The position numbers and the translations under genes are program-made. 64,000 nucleotides of DNA from Octopus vulgaris (lineage: Eukaryota). Below, one piece after another: positions 26,723 through 40,098 of the stretch. The stretch covers positions 69,750,001 through 69,814,000 of the forward strand of contig OX597817.1 in the NCBI GenBank assembly GCA_951406725.2, read 5' to 3'. Every line of letters starts with the position of its first letter. The stretch's first letter is position 1. Under the pieces are notes generated by a model. That model saw only the letters and a list, made by a program, of their open reading frames with translations. It was not told the DNA's origin and made no database searches.

Positions 26723-27789
26723 ATGATAGGTAAAATGTTGACAGCTAAACTAGTGTGGTGGTGTGTTAGTTGTAATAGTAGTAGTAGCTGTAATGACGAC
26801 GACAACAGCAAAGAAGATGGCGGGTGATGATAATGGTGATGACGATGGCAATGCGGCTGACGGTAATGATGACAATAATAGAGGTAGTGGTGGTGGTGGA
26901 TGTGGTGGTGGTGGTGGTGGTGGTGGTGGCAGTGGCAGTGGTGGGAGGTCAAGGTTGTAGCAGTGCTGGTGATGGTAGTGATGGGGGAGGTGATGATTGT
27001 AGCAGTAGTAGTGATGGTGGCGGTAGTGGCGGCAGCGGCGGCGGCGGTAATGGTGGTGGTGGTAGTGGTGGTGGTGGTGGTGGTGGTGGTGGTGGTGGGT
27101 AGAGGTGGTGGTGGATATGGTGGTGGTGGTGGTGGTGGTGATGATGATGGGGAGGTGATGGTTGTAGCAGTAGTAGTGATGGTGGCGGTAGTGGCGGCAG
27201 CGGCGGCGGCGGTAGTGGTGGTAGGGGTGGGTGGTGGTGGTGGTGGTGGTGGTGGTGGTGGTGGTGGTGGATATGATAGAGGTTGTGATGGACATGGTGA
27301 TGGTGGTGGTGGTGGTGGTGGTGGATATGATAGAGGTTGTGATGGATATGGTGGTGGTGGTGATGATGATGATGGCGAGGTGATGGTTGTAGCATTGATG
27401 GTGGTGGTGGTGGTTGTGATGGTGGTGGTGATTGTGGTGGTGGTGGTGGTGGTGGTGGTAGTGATGGTTGTGGCAATGGTGATAATGGTACTGGCGGCGG
27501 TGTTATTAATGGTAGTGGTGGTGGCGTTAGGTAAAGATCTGTGTGTGGCGGGGTGGGGTGGGGGAAGTTAGACGTGAGGAAATTGCATAAATGGAGCAAC
27601 AACAACAGGCTGCTATAAGGCTGCAGGTAATGACGCCCGACAAAGGTGATGATGATAATGATGATGGTGGTGATGATGATGACGACGATGATGATAATGA
27701 TGGTGATGATGGTGAGGAGGAGGAGGAGGAGGGGAGGATGATGGCGATGATGATGTTGACGACAACGACGATGATGATGATAACGAATT

Positions 27790-27820
<31 letters not shown>

Positions 27821-27855
27821 GATGATGAAAAAGGAAGGGGAGGCTGGGGATGAGA

Positions 27856-27890
<35 letters not shown>

Positions 27891-28173
27891 AAGGGGGAGG
27901 AGGAAGAGGAAGAGGAGGAGGAAAAGGGGAGGAGGAGGATAGAGGAGGACAGGAGAGGAGGAGGTACCGGGGAGGAGCATGGGGTGGAGGATGGGGAGGA
28001 AGGAGAAGGATGGGAGGGAAGGGGAGAATGGGGAGGCGGAGAAGGATGATGATGATGACGTTGACGTCGACGAAGACGATGATAATGATGATAACAACGA
28101 ACTTGATGATGACGACGACGAAGACGATAACGACGAAGGCGATGACGATGAAGGTGATGACAACGAAGACACC

Positions 28174-28204
<31 letters not shown>

Positions 28205-28770
28205 GGGCGTTGGCTGCAAGTGTTTTAACGATGATGTTGATTACGGTCGTGTTGATAGCGATGCTGATGATGATGATAATGATTATTCTGTTGGCGTTTG
28301 GGATGGTGGCGGTGGCGGTGGCTGTGACGATGAGCGAAGAAACGATGTTCCGATTTCGCAACATATATGTTAGGCAAAGAGGTGGGTGAATGTGGAAACG
28401 GTTAGAGTTGGTGCCTGCAAAAGAAAGGAAGAGACTGGTGATTGGTGGGGGAAGTGATTGTATGAGTCAATAATTAATTTGATCACTATATACAGGTGGG
28501 TGTAATGAAGGACGAGAATATGATAAAAGGTAAAGGTGGCGAGGGGAGAGTAACAGGTAGGTAGATGGAGCAGAGATAGAGAGAGGGAGGAAGAGAGAGA
28601 GAGAGAGAGGAGAGTATGCAAGTGGGAGCTCTTGAGTGGGTAGGAGGGAAAGTTAAAATTAAATATGAAGAGATAGTGTAGGAGGATAGGAGCGGTGAGA
28701 GTGTAAAAGAGGGAGGAGAGAGAGAGAGAGAGGAAGACAGAAGCAGAAAGAAAAAAAGAGAAGAAAGATA
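25080..28770. repeat. Large strand-asymmetric low-complexity domain: (GA)n, (TA)n, (GGT)n, (GAT)n with minisatellite units
   Basis: Directly visible. A unit of about 70 bp is repeated at about 26981 and 27146, and GGATATGATAGAGGTTGTGATGGA occurs twice. Confidence 0.9.
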
Positions 28771-28804
28771 TGCATGTATGAATATATATATATATATATA
28801 TGTT

Positions 28805-29208
28805 CCTGCCTTTAGGCTTTCACTCCATACATGCCAGCTCAATTTGAATCGCTCTCAGTCGAAAGACGCCTGTGGTTATTTCTTGCTGTTTGTATTCGTA
28901 ATTCTGTACCATGTTCTCCGTTTTTTGGGGGGGTTGTTTGTGCTTTTGACTTTGTTGCCGTACACATTCGCCAGCTTTCTTACAAAGGAATCAAATGCTC
29001 TTAGCTTAGACTTTTTTGATGACAAGATCGAACCATCTCAAGTGTAACTGTCCGAAATGGTCGTGACTTCTGGTACTTGACTGAAGAAAGAGAGCCAAGA
29101 ATGACCCGTCTTTTTTGCCTGTCCTTCTAATTGTTGTTTTTGTCTTGTCCACCTTTGTGTCGTCTATATGTCCGAACGTTTCAATGCCCTCTATTAGGTT
29201 TTTGTTCC

Positions 29209-29212
<4 letters not shown>
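28805..29212 (+). mobile_element. Unclassified repeat between (TA)n arrays, possibly a Penelope-like terminal repeat
   Basis: Flanked by (TA)n. Carries degenerate TGATGA...CGAAA...CTGAAGA motifs. Confidence 0.35.
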
Positions 29213-29300
<88 letters not shown>

Positions 29301-29830
29301 ACAAATGATAGAAAATGGAACTGACATACTTTATTTTAAACCATTACAATTATTTCGGCGCATTCTTACACCTTTAGTACATAGATAAGATAAGATGTTG
29401 CACTATCTTACCTGTGTGGGTCTCTGTGTGTGTATATGTGTGTGTGCGTGTGTAATTTAATAAACACAATATATATCTTCATGAGCCTTATTAGTTTCAT
29501 GTGATGAAAACACCTCAGACACTATTTTTTAACACTTCTGGTGTCTTCACGCAATCCTCAGGCTGTGCCTATACGGCATAGCAAGCTTGTTATGCTATAT
29601 GGGAAATAATAGGACAGCAGTACATGTGTACATGTGTGTGTGTGTGTGCGTGTGAGAGAGAGAAAGAGAGAGAGAGTGGGTGAGATTGGGGCAGATAGTA
29701 CACAAAATGAAGTGTGGGCTTAGAGAGATGTAGCGAGTGAGAGTTGCAGAGTTCATATAAGACGTAGGAAAGAAAATAGTAGAGAAAATAAGAAAAGATA
29801 AATAATAGATAGATAGATAGATAGATAGAT

Positions 29831-29892
<62 letters not shown>

Positions 29893-30019
29893 AATAGTCA
29901 GACAGATGAATAAATGGATAAACTGACAGACAGATAGACAGGCAGAGAGATAGAGATATTAGTAGATAGACAAACAGACAGACGGATGTTCATATAACAG
30001 AAACACATGGAAATACTGG

Positions 30020-30180
30020 TATTTTGCCACAAGGTTAGCAGTTTTGGGTGACTGGTACATACTTTATCGATCTCGAAGGGATGAAAGGCAAAGTCGGCCT
30101 CAGAGGAATTTGAACTCAGAACGAAATGGCACTAAGCATTTTGCCCGGTGGACTAACGATTTTGCCAGCTCACCGCCTTA
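30020..30180 (-). mobile_element. SINE family A, internally deleted
   Basis: Reverse match to the head and B-box. Confidence 0.8.
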
Positions 30181-30370
30181 ACAAATATTGTTGATAGTTT
30201 AAAAGCAGATTTGTTTGCAGCACATATATATTTGATCACTATAAATAAATCATTTGTGCAGGTCATTCAACAAGATATTGCAGAACACTCGCCTCTCGTC
30301 TACGACAGGAGAGTCTGAGAGTCTGTGTATGGAATTATGTACTTCTGCATGTATTATGTCTGGATGCATA

Positions 30371-31330
30371 TCTATTATATAAAATCCGTTCTGTCTGTCG
30401 GTGTGTGTATGTCTTCTAGGATCTCTAGCATCCTCCATCCGATTGTGCTCAAATTTGATATGTAGATACCGACGGCATCAGGGCGTGTGTAGGTCTTGAA
30501 AAAATTACAAAAATCGATTCCAGATAAGAATGCGATCGATAAAGCCGTGGGAACGTGCATTTGTACGCGCAAGTACATCAGCTATTGCGATTGATACTAA
30601 GCGTACACGAGAAAAATACACGTGCAGTTTGTGCAAAAGAATCATCATGCTTTTCCATCTAGATTTACCTCCAGCTAACCCATTTGCATGCATCGTTTTT
30701 GTCCTGCTTTTCTTCCGTCAACCTGTACATAACTGCACCTTCGATTTTCTGTTGTTTTTGTACTGCTTAAAGGTACGTTTTTTTCCTGCCAGGCTTACTC
30801 TTTAAACCATGTTTGTATTCAGCCTGTCAATAGGCTTATCATTATTGGTACTTTAAACTCTTCGGTTGCATATTTATGTGAATAAAATCGTTTTTCTTTG
30901 GAATACAAAAAAAGTATATCTTTATTTCTTCTTTGCTGGTGTCTCAAATTTAGGTTAAATCAGTGTTTCTCAAAGGGGAGGCTTATGGGACGGTCGGACA
31001 AGTTGTTTTGAGAAAATTTGGTTTAAGTGTATGTATACACGTATGTATGATCAAAAATAAAATTAACAAGGGACAGTTGCAAGAATTTGGATTATTAAGT
31101 ATAAATGGTGAATTCTATGCACAATATGAATAAATAAATATTGAAAATATAATGCTTCATTGAATTTTCTCGCTTAAAAGAGAAAATTAAAAGCACGTAG
31201 CCATTTTTTTATGATTTTCAAAGTAAGGGGAGACAATTGCCAGATATTAAGAATTCACTTTCTCAAATTAATTTACATGCATTGGGGAAATTTAGTCTGA
31301 GTTTTGCTTGCAAGCACGGGACATCACTAG
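30371..31330 (+). mobile_element. Non-autonomous Helitron
   Basis: 5' end A|TCTATTATATAAAA. 3' end GCAAGCACGGG...CACTAG. No TIR or TSD. Confidence 0.65.
30961..31020. mobile_element. 60-bp mini-hAT nested in the Helitron
   Basis: TIRs CAGTGTTTCTCAAA / TTTGAGAAAATTTG. The 8-bp flanks are GGTTAAAT / GTTTAAGT. Confidence 0.55.
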
Positions 31331-31477
31331 ATATTTGTTTCGGTCTATAAGGTATCATCAGCATTGTACAATCTAACCGATTTGCAGATCATTTCACATA
31401 GATTTTACATTTTTACATGTAAAAAAAAAGAGGTATTAATAATTTATGACCAGTATAATGTATGTATATATGTATGT

Positions 31478-31922
31478 GTCATTATTTAGTTTTACTTTAA
31501 GATTTTCCGATAGAGAAAGAGCCGGTTTCTAATCTAGATTCAAGGCTCCTTCATTGGAATTTCAGCAACATAAACAGGGTGTGTATGCATGTATGTATAC
31601 ATGCACGTTTGTAGGTTTTGCTTTATGTATGTCTTCTCATGCATATACATGTATATCTAAGCATGGTCATATATATTTGGATTATTAAGTATAGATGGTG
31701 GATCCTATACACAATATAAATAAATAAATATTGAAAATATGATGCTCCATTGAATTTTCTCGCTTAAGAGAGAAATTTTAAAGCACGCAGCAATGATAAA
31801 CTTCTGAGAAGTTTTACAGATTTTTGCAGTTCCAGTGATGGCTTGGATCTATAGTCTTCGAATCAGCTTTCTCCTTTCTGGTTTTGAGAAGCCTAACTTC
31901 TCAAGATTGGTATTTAGGTAGT
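31478..31922 (-). mobile_element. R4/Dong-like 3' fragment, (TACA)n family, with a ~115-bp insertion
   Basis: Reverse homolog of 2840-3226, bounded by (TATG)n. Confidence 0.88.
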
Positions 31923-31984
31923 GTGTATGTATGTATGTATGTATGTATGTATGTATGTATGTATGTATGTATGTATGTATGTAT

Positions 31985-32345
31985 CTTCTACTTTTCAATT
32001 ATTATAAATGTTCCACTGAGAAGGGAGCTGGTTTCTAACAAAGATACAAGGCTCCATCTTTGGGATGTAGTTAACACAGACAAATTTACATTTGGAACTT
32101 TAGAAAATTCTTGCACATTTTTACTGTTCCACTCACATATTGCACTTGTAATGTAGGAATTAGCTGGTTGACTTCGTTTTCTGAAAATCACAGTTTATCC
32201 AGATTCTCCTTTAAGCATTTACTAACAAAACCTATTGCTCCAATTATTATTGGTATGATATAAATTCATAGTCTGGATATAGAAGCTGAGGGTTTCGAAG
32301 CAGTTGTCCATAGATATCCTCTTTTTCTTTGATTTTCAAAAAAAA
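31985..32345 (-). mobile_element. R4/Dong-like 3' fragment, another subfamily
   Basis: Translates to KEKEDIYGQLLRNPQLLYPDYEF and shares the 3' UTR motif GAGCTGGTTTCTAAC. Confidence 0.8.
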
Positions 32346-32359
32346 AAAGAAATATATAC

Positions 32360-32390
<31 letters not shown>

Positions 32391-32411
32391 TGTATGTATG
32401 TATGTATGTAT

Positions 32412-33010
32412 GTCCAAAAAAGAGGTATAAGGACTTGCTGAAGGCTTCCTTAAGAGATGCTTGCATCTCTCCTGACACATGGGAAGGCATAGCTATTGAT
32501 TGTAGCAGGTGGAGAAGGATTGTGCATGAGGGGACAGCCACGTTTGAGAAATCTCGAGTTGCACATGAGAAAGTAAGGAGGGATGTCCGGAAGGGCATCG
32601 CTGTTACACTTCCAGAAGGGAAGGGTCTTCCTTTGATTCTGACATGCAATGTCTGTGCAAGATCCTGCCTCAGTAAAGCTGGACTCATGAGTCATCTTCG
32701 TAGTCATAAAACGAGACTGATGAGTGACAACCTGGCCACTGGTGGTGGTGTAACACACCATACTAATCATATCTGTCGGGCATGTGGAAGAGAGTGTAAT
32801 TCGGCAGGAGGACTTAAACGACATGCAAAGATACATGAAGCCCACTTACAACTACAGCCTACTATTACCAGTAAACGTTTTAGTTGCCAATTTTGTACAA
32901 GACATTGTAGATCTTTAGCTGGGCTAAAAAGTCACATTCGATCACAGCACCAGTAACAGTTAAGCTTCGTGCAATGGCCATACTCGATAACGAGGGGGCA
33001 GCCATAATAA
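32412..33010 (+). mobile_element. 5'-truncated RTE-clade LINE 3' end encoding three C2H2 zinc fingers
   Basis: PKKRYKD.LK...W...A.D.S.WR is the RTE ORF C-terminus. It is followed by CNVC..SHLRSH, CRAC..RHAKIH and CQFC..SHIRSQH. Flanked by (TATG)n; second copy at 62575-62822. Confidence 0.85.
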
Positions 33011-34125
33011 TGTATGTATGTATGCATGCATGCAGTATGTATGTCTATTTTCTAAAATTATTCCTATAAGGAAAGAGTTGGTTTGTAACCAAGAAACAAG
33101 CTCCACGATTGGAATTTAAACGACAACATTGTTTCATGTTGAATTTTATAAAAAGTTTTGCTTATTCCTACTGCTCCATTGTATTTGTGAAGTTATATTT
33201 TAGCTGGTCTCTTCCTCTGCCTAAGGATCCTATTTTTCACAGATTTTCTCTTACCAGCATAATTCCTAATGTGTATGTTTTTTATCAATGTATGTCTTGG
33301 TTTGGCTTCGCTGATGAAGATTAGGATGACTGTTGTCCACGAATGTATGTATTTATGTATGTATTATGTAAATTTGCATGTATATATGTATGTAATCGGT
33401 GCAGGTGTGGTTGAATGGTTATGAAGTTTACCCAATCATGAGTTCGAGACTTCGATTCCACTGCGACGGCTTAGACATATTTCCTTTTCAGTAGCCTCAG
33501 GTGCATCCAAGCTTCGTGAGTGAAATCGGGTTGACAAAAACTGAATAGAAGCCCATCAAATTAACTTTGTCGGCAAGTCTTCTCTCTCTCCCTCTCTTTC
33601 TCTTTCTCTCTCTCTCTCATCTCCTTCTCCTCAACAGCATCCTCTCTCTTCTCCTCATCTCTTCTCTGTCTCTGTACCCTACCTGTAATTCGACCTACCT
33701 TGCTCCGCTAGTTCGGTTACTATACACGATGGCTTGTCATACACAATGGCGTGTCAATTTTACTTCAGGATTACATTTAGATTACAAGAAATACAGAAAT
33801 TTAGACTATAATTCATTGAGAATGTTATTCAGGTATATTTTTACGTAGGAAATTTTTTGACATCTTCAAAAGGAGTGGTTTACTGCTCAATAGTATTGGA
33901 AATCGTTATTGTGAAAAGAAAGTCATACTAATTTATAGTCAGAAAAACAGCGAAAGAAATAAGAGCAGACAACAAAGATCGGTTTTTGTAAACAAGATGT
34001 GATTCACAGGAGGTAAGTTATGAGTGAAAGGAACGAGAAAAGAAAGGGCCAAAATAGCGAATAATTTTATGCTAATAAAGATATTGTATAAATAACTGCA
34101 ACCATTTATGTCTGTGTGTGCGTGC

Positions 34126-34161
<36 letters not shown>

Positions 34162-34340
34162 TATATATTTGCGTGCGTACGTAGGTCTGTATAACCTAAA
34201 AACTGTTTTAAAAGTACAAAGCTATGAAAAACATTCAGTATTCCCACATACATGCTCACGTTTACATTCACATATACATATATACATTACCTCTCTATAT
34301 ATGTGTCTGCGTACACATACATATGTATATATGTATGTAC

Positions 34341-34398
<58 letters not shown>

Positions 34399-34444
34399 CA
34401 TACATACATACATACATACATACATACATACATACATACATACA

Positions 34445-35000
34445 CAGTAATATCTCGCTTTACGAGGACCCACTTTACGAGACACCGGCTTTTGAAAAGG
34501 TTAACAGTCATTTTGAGAACGAAGTGCAAAAGTTTCTACTGCCATAACAAATACTTCTGCGTGTTACTGAGATATTTATAGAGAGCGAAAAAAAAAGGGC
34601 CTTTTCTAAGCAAACAACTCTAGGCTTCTTTTTTTTAAAAAAGAAATCTACAGGTCCGTCTACGAATGCTTAAGAATCGATGGTCGTGTCTACAAGTGAT
34701 GGTGTGCGCGAGCCTCGTACGAGTAAATGTGATTCAGAAAACGATTATGATAATAATATTTCATATTATAAATGATCTTGACATTCTTTTTACTTTACAT
34801 AAAATATTCTTTACATTCTACTGTTGTTTTATTGCCACTTATTTACGACTATTATAAATTTTATTCGTAGAATATTTTTCTTGGAAGGAATTAAGATTTA
34901 TAACATTGTTACTATGAGAAAAATATTGGTCTGTTTTACGAGTTGTCGCTTTACGAGCGGTCTCCGGGAACAAATTAACTTGTATATCGAGACATTACTG
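34445..35000. mobile_element. Tigger/pogo-like MITE
   Basis: TIRs CAGTAATATCTCGCTTTACGAG / CTTGTATATCGAGACATTACTG with subterminal TTTACGAG repeats. Confidence 0.75.
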
Positions 35001-35154
35001 GACATATATGTATATATAGTTAATCAAAAAAGGGACTAGAAAAAACGACAACGTGAGGACATTGTACATGCACGCCCTCACGTGGTACATGCTTTCTCTT
35101 CATAAATGTCCTGAAAATCCCATACAGCCTTGGCTTTGTTCTCCTTTTATTCAA

Positions 35155-35277
<123 letters not shown>

Positions 35278-35454
35278 TCTCTCTTACACACACATATACA
35301 TATATATGCATGTATATATATATATATATATATATCGTGTAGAAGTGCACTGGAAACTGCAATATGCAACCGAAGATTTGGGTTCAGTAGAAAACTCCCT
35401 GTTTCACTCCCACGGCCAGTCCAGCGATAAGCTAGTGTGCAGATTTCGAGCCAC

Positions 35455-35512
<58 letters not shown>

Positions 35513-35772
35513 CAACAACAACAATTTACATGTCAGTTGTTTTGTCTTTAACCAGCTGAGCATGTCCCTTGGTGGCTAATGATATGTGGTTTGAAACCGG
35601 TTCTTTCTCTATTAGCAAGAAATCTTGAAATAAACCGAATAATGACATACGCACATACGTACATAAGATTTATAAATACATGTACATACGTACATACATA
35701 CATAGAAACATACACACGTTCGATCACACACTCTCCTCATATATATATATATATAACATATATACAGAAACT

Positions 35773-35808
<36 letters not shown>

Positions 35809-36961
35809 GTAACACGTATACAGAAACTATATATACATATATATATTGAAACAGTATGTATATATGCATACATACGTATATATAAATATATATGTGTGTG
35901 TGTATGTGTGTGTGTGTATAAACAGCATAAATACATACGTATATGAATACATCACTTTAGTTATATAAGTTTATCTGGCTTTAATTTTACAGTATTATGA
36001 ACATTTTTAAGTGTAATTAACGTAGCGGAGTAATTCGTTTTAATCATATTATAAAGTAACATATTTTGGTTAAAGCTGCCATAGGTAACGCTCAAATTAT
36101 CGTCATTGCTTTGGTTAAGGATACTTTAGGTAAGACGAAACTTTAGTGCAAGCGGTATTTCTGTGCTTAATATAAAACTATGAAAGACAATACTTATTGA
36201 CAATGTATTAACAGGAAATGTCTAAGACGGCAAGTATTGCTTCAAGAGACGTATGTTAAAGAGTTTTCAAAATATTCTCAACACATCCGTGCAGGGTCTG
36301 TTGAAAGACTTGGTGTGTTACAAGTCTAAGATTACATTAAATGTAAAGCAAATGACACTTCAGAAGCTACGACAAACCATTGTTGTAGACGTAATCCATT
36401 ACTTATCACATTCATTATTCTATATGCTTCCGGCTGTTTATAATTTAAATCGTTTCATCCGGAAAGAAATAGGAAGTGATCACTATTTCTAACATCCTTA
36501 GTAAACATTGACATTCAAGGACGTTTTCTTCGTTCTATACAAAGAGAACTGTAGACGAAGAACTCTATGTTCAGCAGATTTCATAGAAGGTCGTGGTGGT
36601 GCTCCATTGAGCAGAGGAAATGCCAAAGTTGTTGGCGATACGAGAAACAAAGAAACTGAAATCCACCTTCATGGAATTAACTATGATCTTAGTTATTAAG
36701 CAGCTACTGAGAGTTGTTATATCATAAACGTTGTACAATAAATGTGATATTTCTTTTAGTTTGTTTTTCAAACGATTGCTCAAAGAATTATTAGACCAAG
36801 TTGGTTGACATCAACATGTTTAGACTGAAGTGCGACCAGACCAAGCTTCTTCAGATCCAAGAATATTTTCCGACTCAAAAGTTTTACACTAAAATAGTTT
36901 GTATAAAAATGGTTTAAACTATATTCTTTCACTAGTGTACTTTAAACTAAAACCCCTACAT

Positions 36962-36999
<38 letters not shown>

Positions 37000-37001
<2 letters not shown>

Positions 37002-37893
37002 GAGAACGAAGTACTGAGAATGAGAAATCTAATGCAGAAGAAGCTAGAAAGTTCTAGCATAATATTCGGGATAAGCCAGTCAATCATAATGGAGATGTAG
37101 TATGGTAAAGAAAGTGAGAGAAGTAGTGAGTGAGAAGCAACCAGATTTAAGATTAACTAGTGCATTAATGAGTAAAGTGTTACGAAAACTACCGAATCGG
37201 AAGGGCCCACGACCAGATTTAGTTCAAGGGTACTGGCTAACGAAATTCAGTGGTTTACATGAGAGGCTGAGGGAACAACTTCAGGATTGCCTTAATGGAG
37301 GAATTATACCAGATTGGATGACTAGAGGGAGGACAATACTTCGTATAAAAGATAAAAGAAAAGGTAAAACAGCTAGCAATTACAGACCAATCACTTGCTT
37401 ACCATTAGTATGGAAGTTCTTAATAGGAATGCTCTCAGAAAGCATTTACGAGCAACTTTACAATCAGAATTTACTGCCAGAAGAACATAAAGGTTGCAGG
37501 AAGAAGGCTAGAGGAACGCATGATCTATTATACATAGACAAAGCAGTTCTAAATGAAATAAGAGTTTGAAAGAAAAATCTAACAATAGTATAGATAGATT
37601 ACAAGAAAGCCTATGACATGATAAAACACTGATGGATAAGTGAATGTTAGAGTATATTCAGTACAAGAGACAACATAAGAGAATTAATTAGCTGTAGCAT
37701 GCAAAAATGGAAAGTAGACATGACAATCTAGGGAGATTAATCCACTGGTAGTTATGTAGAAAGGTATGATTCGAACAAACTGATAAATGGCATAAACATG
37801 AACCTAGTAAAGTACTAGAAAGTAAGAAATACAAGATGTTGTGGGACTTTAACATTCAGACTGACAGAGTAATAGAAGCTAAAAGGCCTGATT

Positions 37894-37950
<57 letters not shown>

Positions 37951-38323
37951 TAGTTGTAGTAGTAGTAGTAGATGATGATAAGAATAGAAAGTGCTAGATA
38001 ATTTACTTTACAGTCCTAAATGATGAAAAAAGTCAATATGAAAGGTATAGAAAAAACAGCAAACTTCCAAGACCTAGCCATTGAATTACAGAAACTATGG
38101 CAAGTGCGGGTAGAATGTATCCCTCTAGTTATAGGTGCATTGGGAAACTATCCCTAAAGATCTGAACAGATGGATAGAGGAAATAGGCAAAAAACCCAGT
38201 TTAGTACAGCTCTAGGAAAGTATTATTAGGGACAGGTAGGATACTTAGGAGGGTTTTGGGAATCTAAGGTTATTTGATGTTAGAGTTTTTTCTTTTCCAA
38301 CAGTCTAATTTGTTGTGTGTGTA

Positions 38324-38325
<2 letters not shown>
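37000..38325 (+). mobile_element. Internally deleted R4/Dong-like LINE (RT N-half joined to RLE domain), ending in (TAA)n
   Basis: KGP.PD.VQGYW, PDWMTRGRT, NYRPITCL and KGCRK, then WDFNIQTDRVIEAKRPDL and IGALG. Several stop codons. Confidence 0.9.
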
Positions 38326-38384
<59 letters not shown>

Positions 38385-38438
38385 TAATAATAATGATAAT
38401 GATAATGATGATGATGATGATGATGATGAATGATAATG

Positions 38439-38520
<82 letters not shown>

Positions 38521-38548
38521 TAATAATAATAATGATAATAATAATAAT

Positions 38549-39968
38549 GCTGATATCAAGATGGTGTTCGGACTGAGAAAGTGTGATGCGTTAGTCTTGA
38601 AGAGAGGCAAAATCAAATGTATGGACGGGCGATACAATCGGGCGAGGTTATAAAGTAGATAGAAGAGACGGGCTATAAGTACTTGGGGATTTTGGAAATG
38701 GATAAATTGATGGAGAAAGAAATGACAGAAAAATATATATATGTGGAGAACTTGCGCAGACTGAGACTGATACTTAAGTCGAAATTAAACGAACGGAATA
38801 AGATCGAAGCTATCATCAACACCTGGGCGGTTTCACTCCTTAGATATGGAGTAGGGGTAATCAAATGGACAGTAGGCGAACTAAACAACTTAGACACAAA
38901 GACAAGGAAGTTACTAACTAGATATGGGTCACTCCACCCAAAAAGTGATACAGACAGACTGTATGTACCAAGAAAAAGCGGAGGAAGGTGACATATTGGA
39001 TGCGAATACAGTATTAGAGCAGAAGAAAACAACATAGCATGGTATGTAAAAAATGCCACAAAACCGCTATTATTAGTAGTAAGAATGCAGGCTTGTGTAG
39101 GATGAAAGATTGCGAAGATAAAGCACTATACAAGAAATTGAAAACAGATGAAACTTAACATAGATGGGTAAAGAAAGAATGCATGGTCAATTTCATAGGG
39201 ATGTTGAAGATAATACAGACAGATGGCTGTGGATGACTAAAAGTGATTTAAAACCGGAAACGGAGGCTCTAATCTGTGCTGCCCAAGACCAAGCACTAAG
39301 AACAAACTACATAAAATACAGAATAGACAACACAGCAGAAAAACGTGAAACTGTATGGCATATTACCAGCTAATGTACGCCACTAACCCAGAAGGAATAT
39401 AAGAGACGCCACGACAATATAGCCAGGCTTGTCCATTTAACACGTTGCAACAAGTATGAACTTGACAGAACAAACAAATTGGTACGACCACAAACCTGAA
39501 GACATCGTCGAAAATAGAAATGCAAAGATCCTATGGGGTTTTATGATTCAGTGCGTCCATGAGATTGAGAATAGGAAGCCAGACAGTCTTAATTGAGAAA
39601 GAAAACAAACTATGCTGGATCATAGATATAGCATGCCCAGCTGACAACAAGGTATGCGATAAGGAAGAAAGAAAAGTTGAGAGATATGACAGTTTAGCTT
39701 GGGAAGTTATGCAGTTGTTGTCAATGAAAACGATAGCAATAGTACCAATAACTGTCGGAGCCCTGGGAATAGTGAGCAAAAATCTCGAGAAGTACGTGGG
39801 ACAAATAGGGGCTGCAATAAGGGTGGAGCACTTGCAAAAAACAGCACTGCTTGAAACCGCTCGAATACTCCGGAAGGTGCTCGAAAAATAAGAGGTGTTA
39901 CCTTAGTTCACTGGTAGTGAACAGCTGACACCGCAGTACATCTCCAGCAATAGAAGTTGTGCAAAGGC
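38549..39968 (+). mobile_element. 5'-truncated R4/Dong-like LINE in (TAA)n
   Basis: FGL.KC, YKYLG, AIINTWA, LHPKSDTDRLY, MHGQF, LKPETEALICAAQDQ, RHD, IIDIACP and VGALG. (TAA)n or (TGA)n lies on both sides. Confidence 0.92.
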
Positions 39969-39969
39969 A

Positions 39970-40037
<68 letters not shown>

Positions 40038-40044
40038 AATAATG

Positions 40045-40098
<54 letters not shown>

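Noticed and set aside
26900-27571. Gly-rich structural protein with GYDRGCDG repeats
   Set aside because: The frame alternates with poly-Val and poly-Trp, and several frames are open because of GGT repeats. There is no signal peptide or splice support.
32366-32956. Host C2H2 zinc-finger gene
   Set aside because: The start lies in (TATG)n, the upstream part is an RTE C-terminus, and a differently truncated copy with the same 3' end exists.
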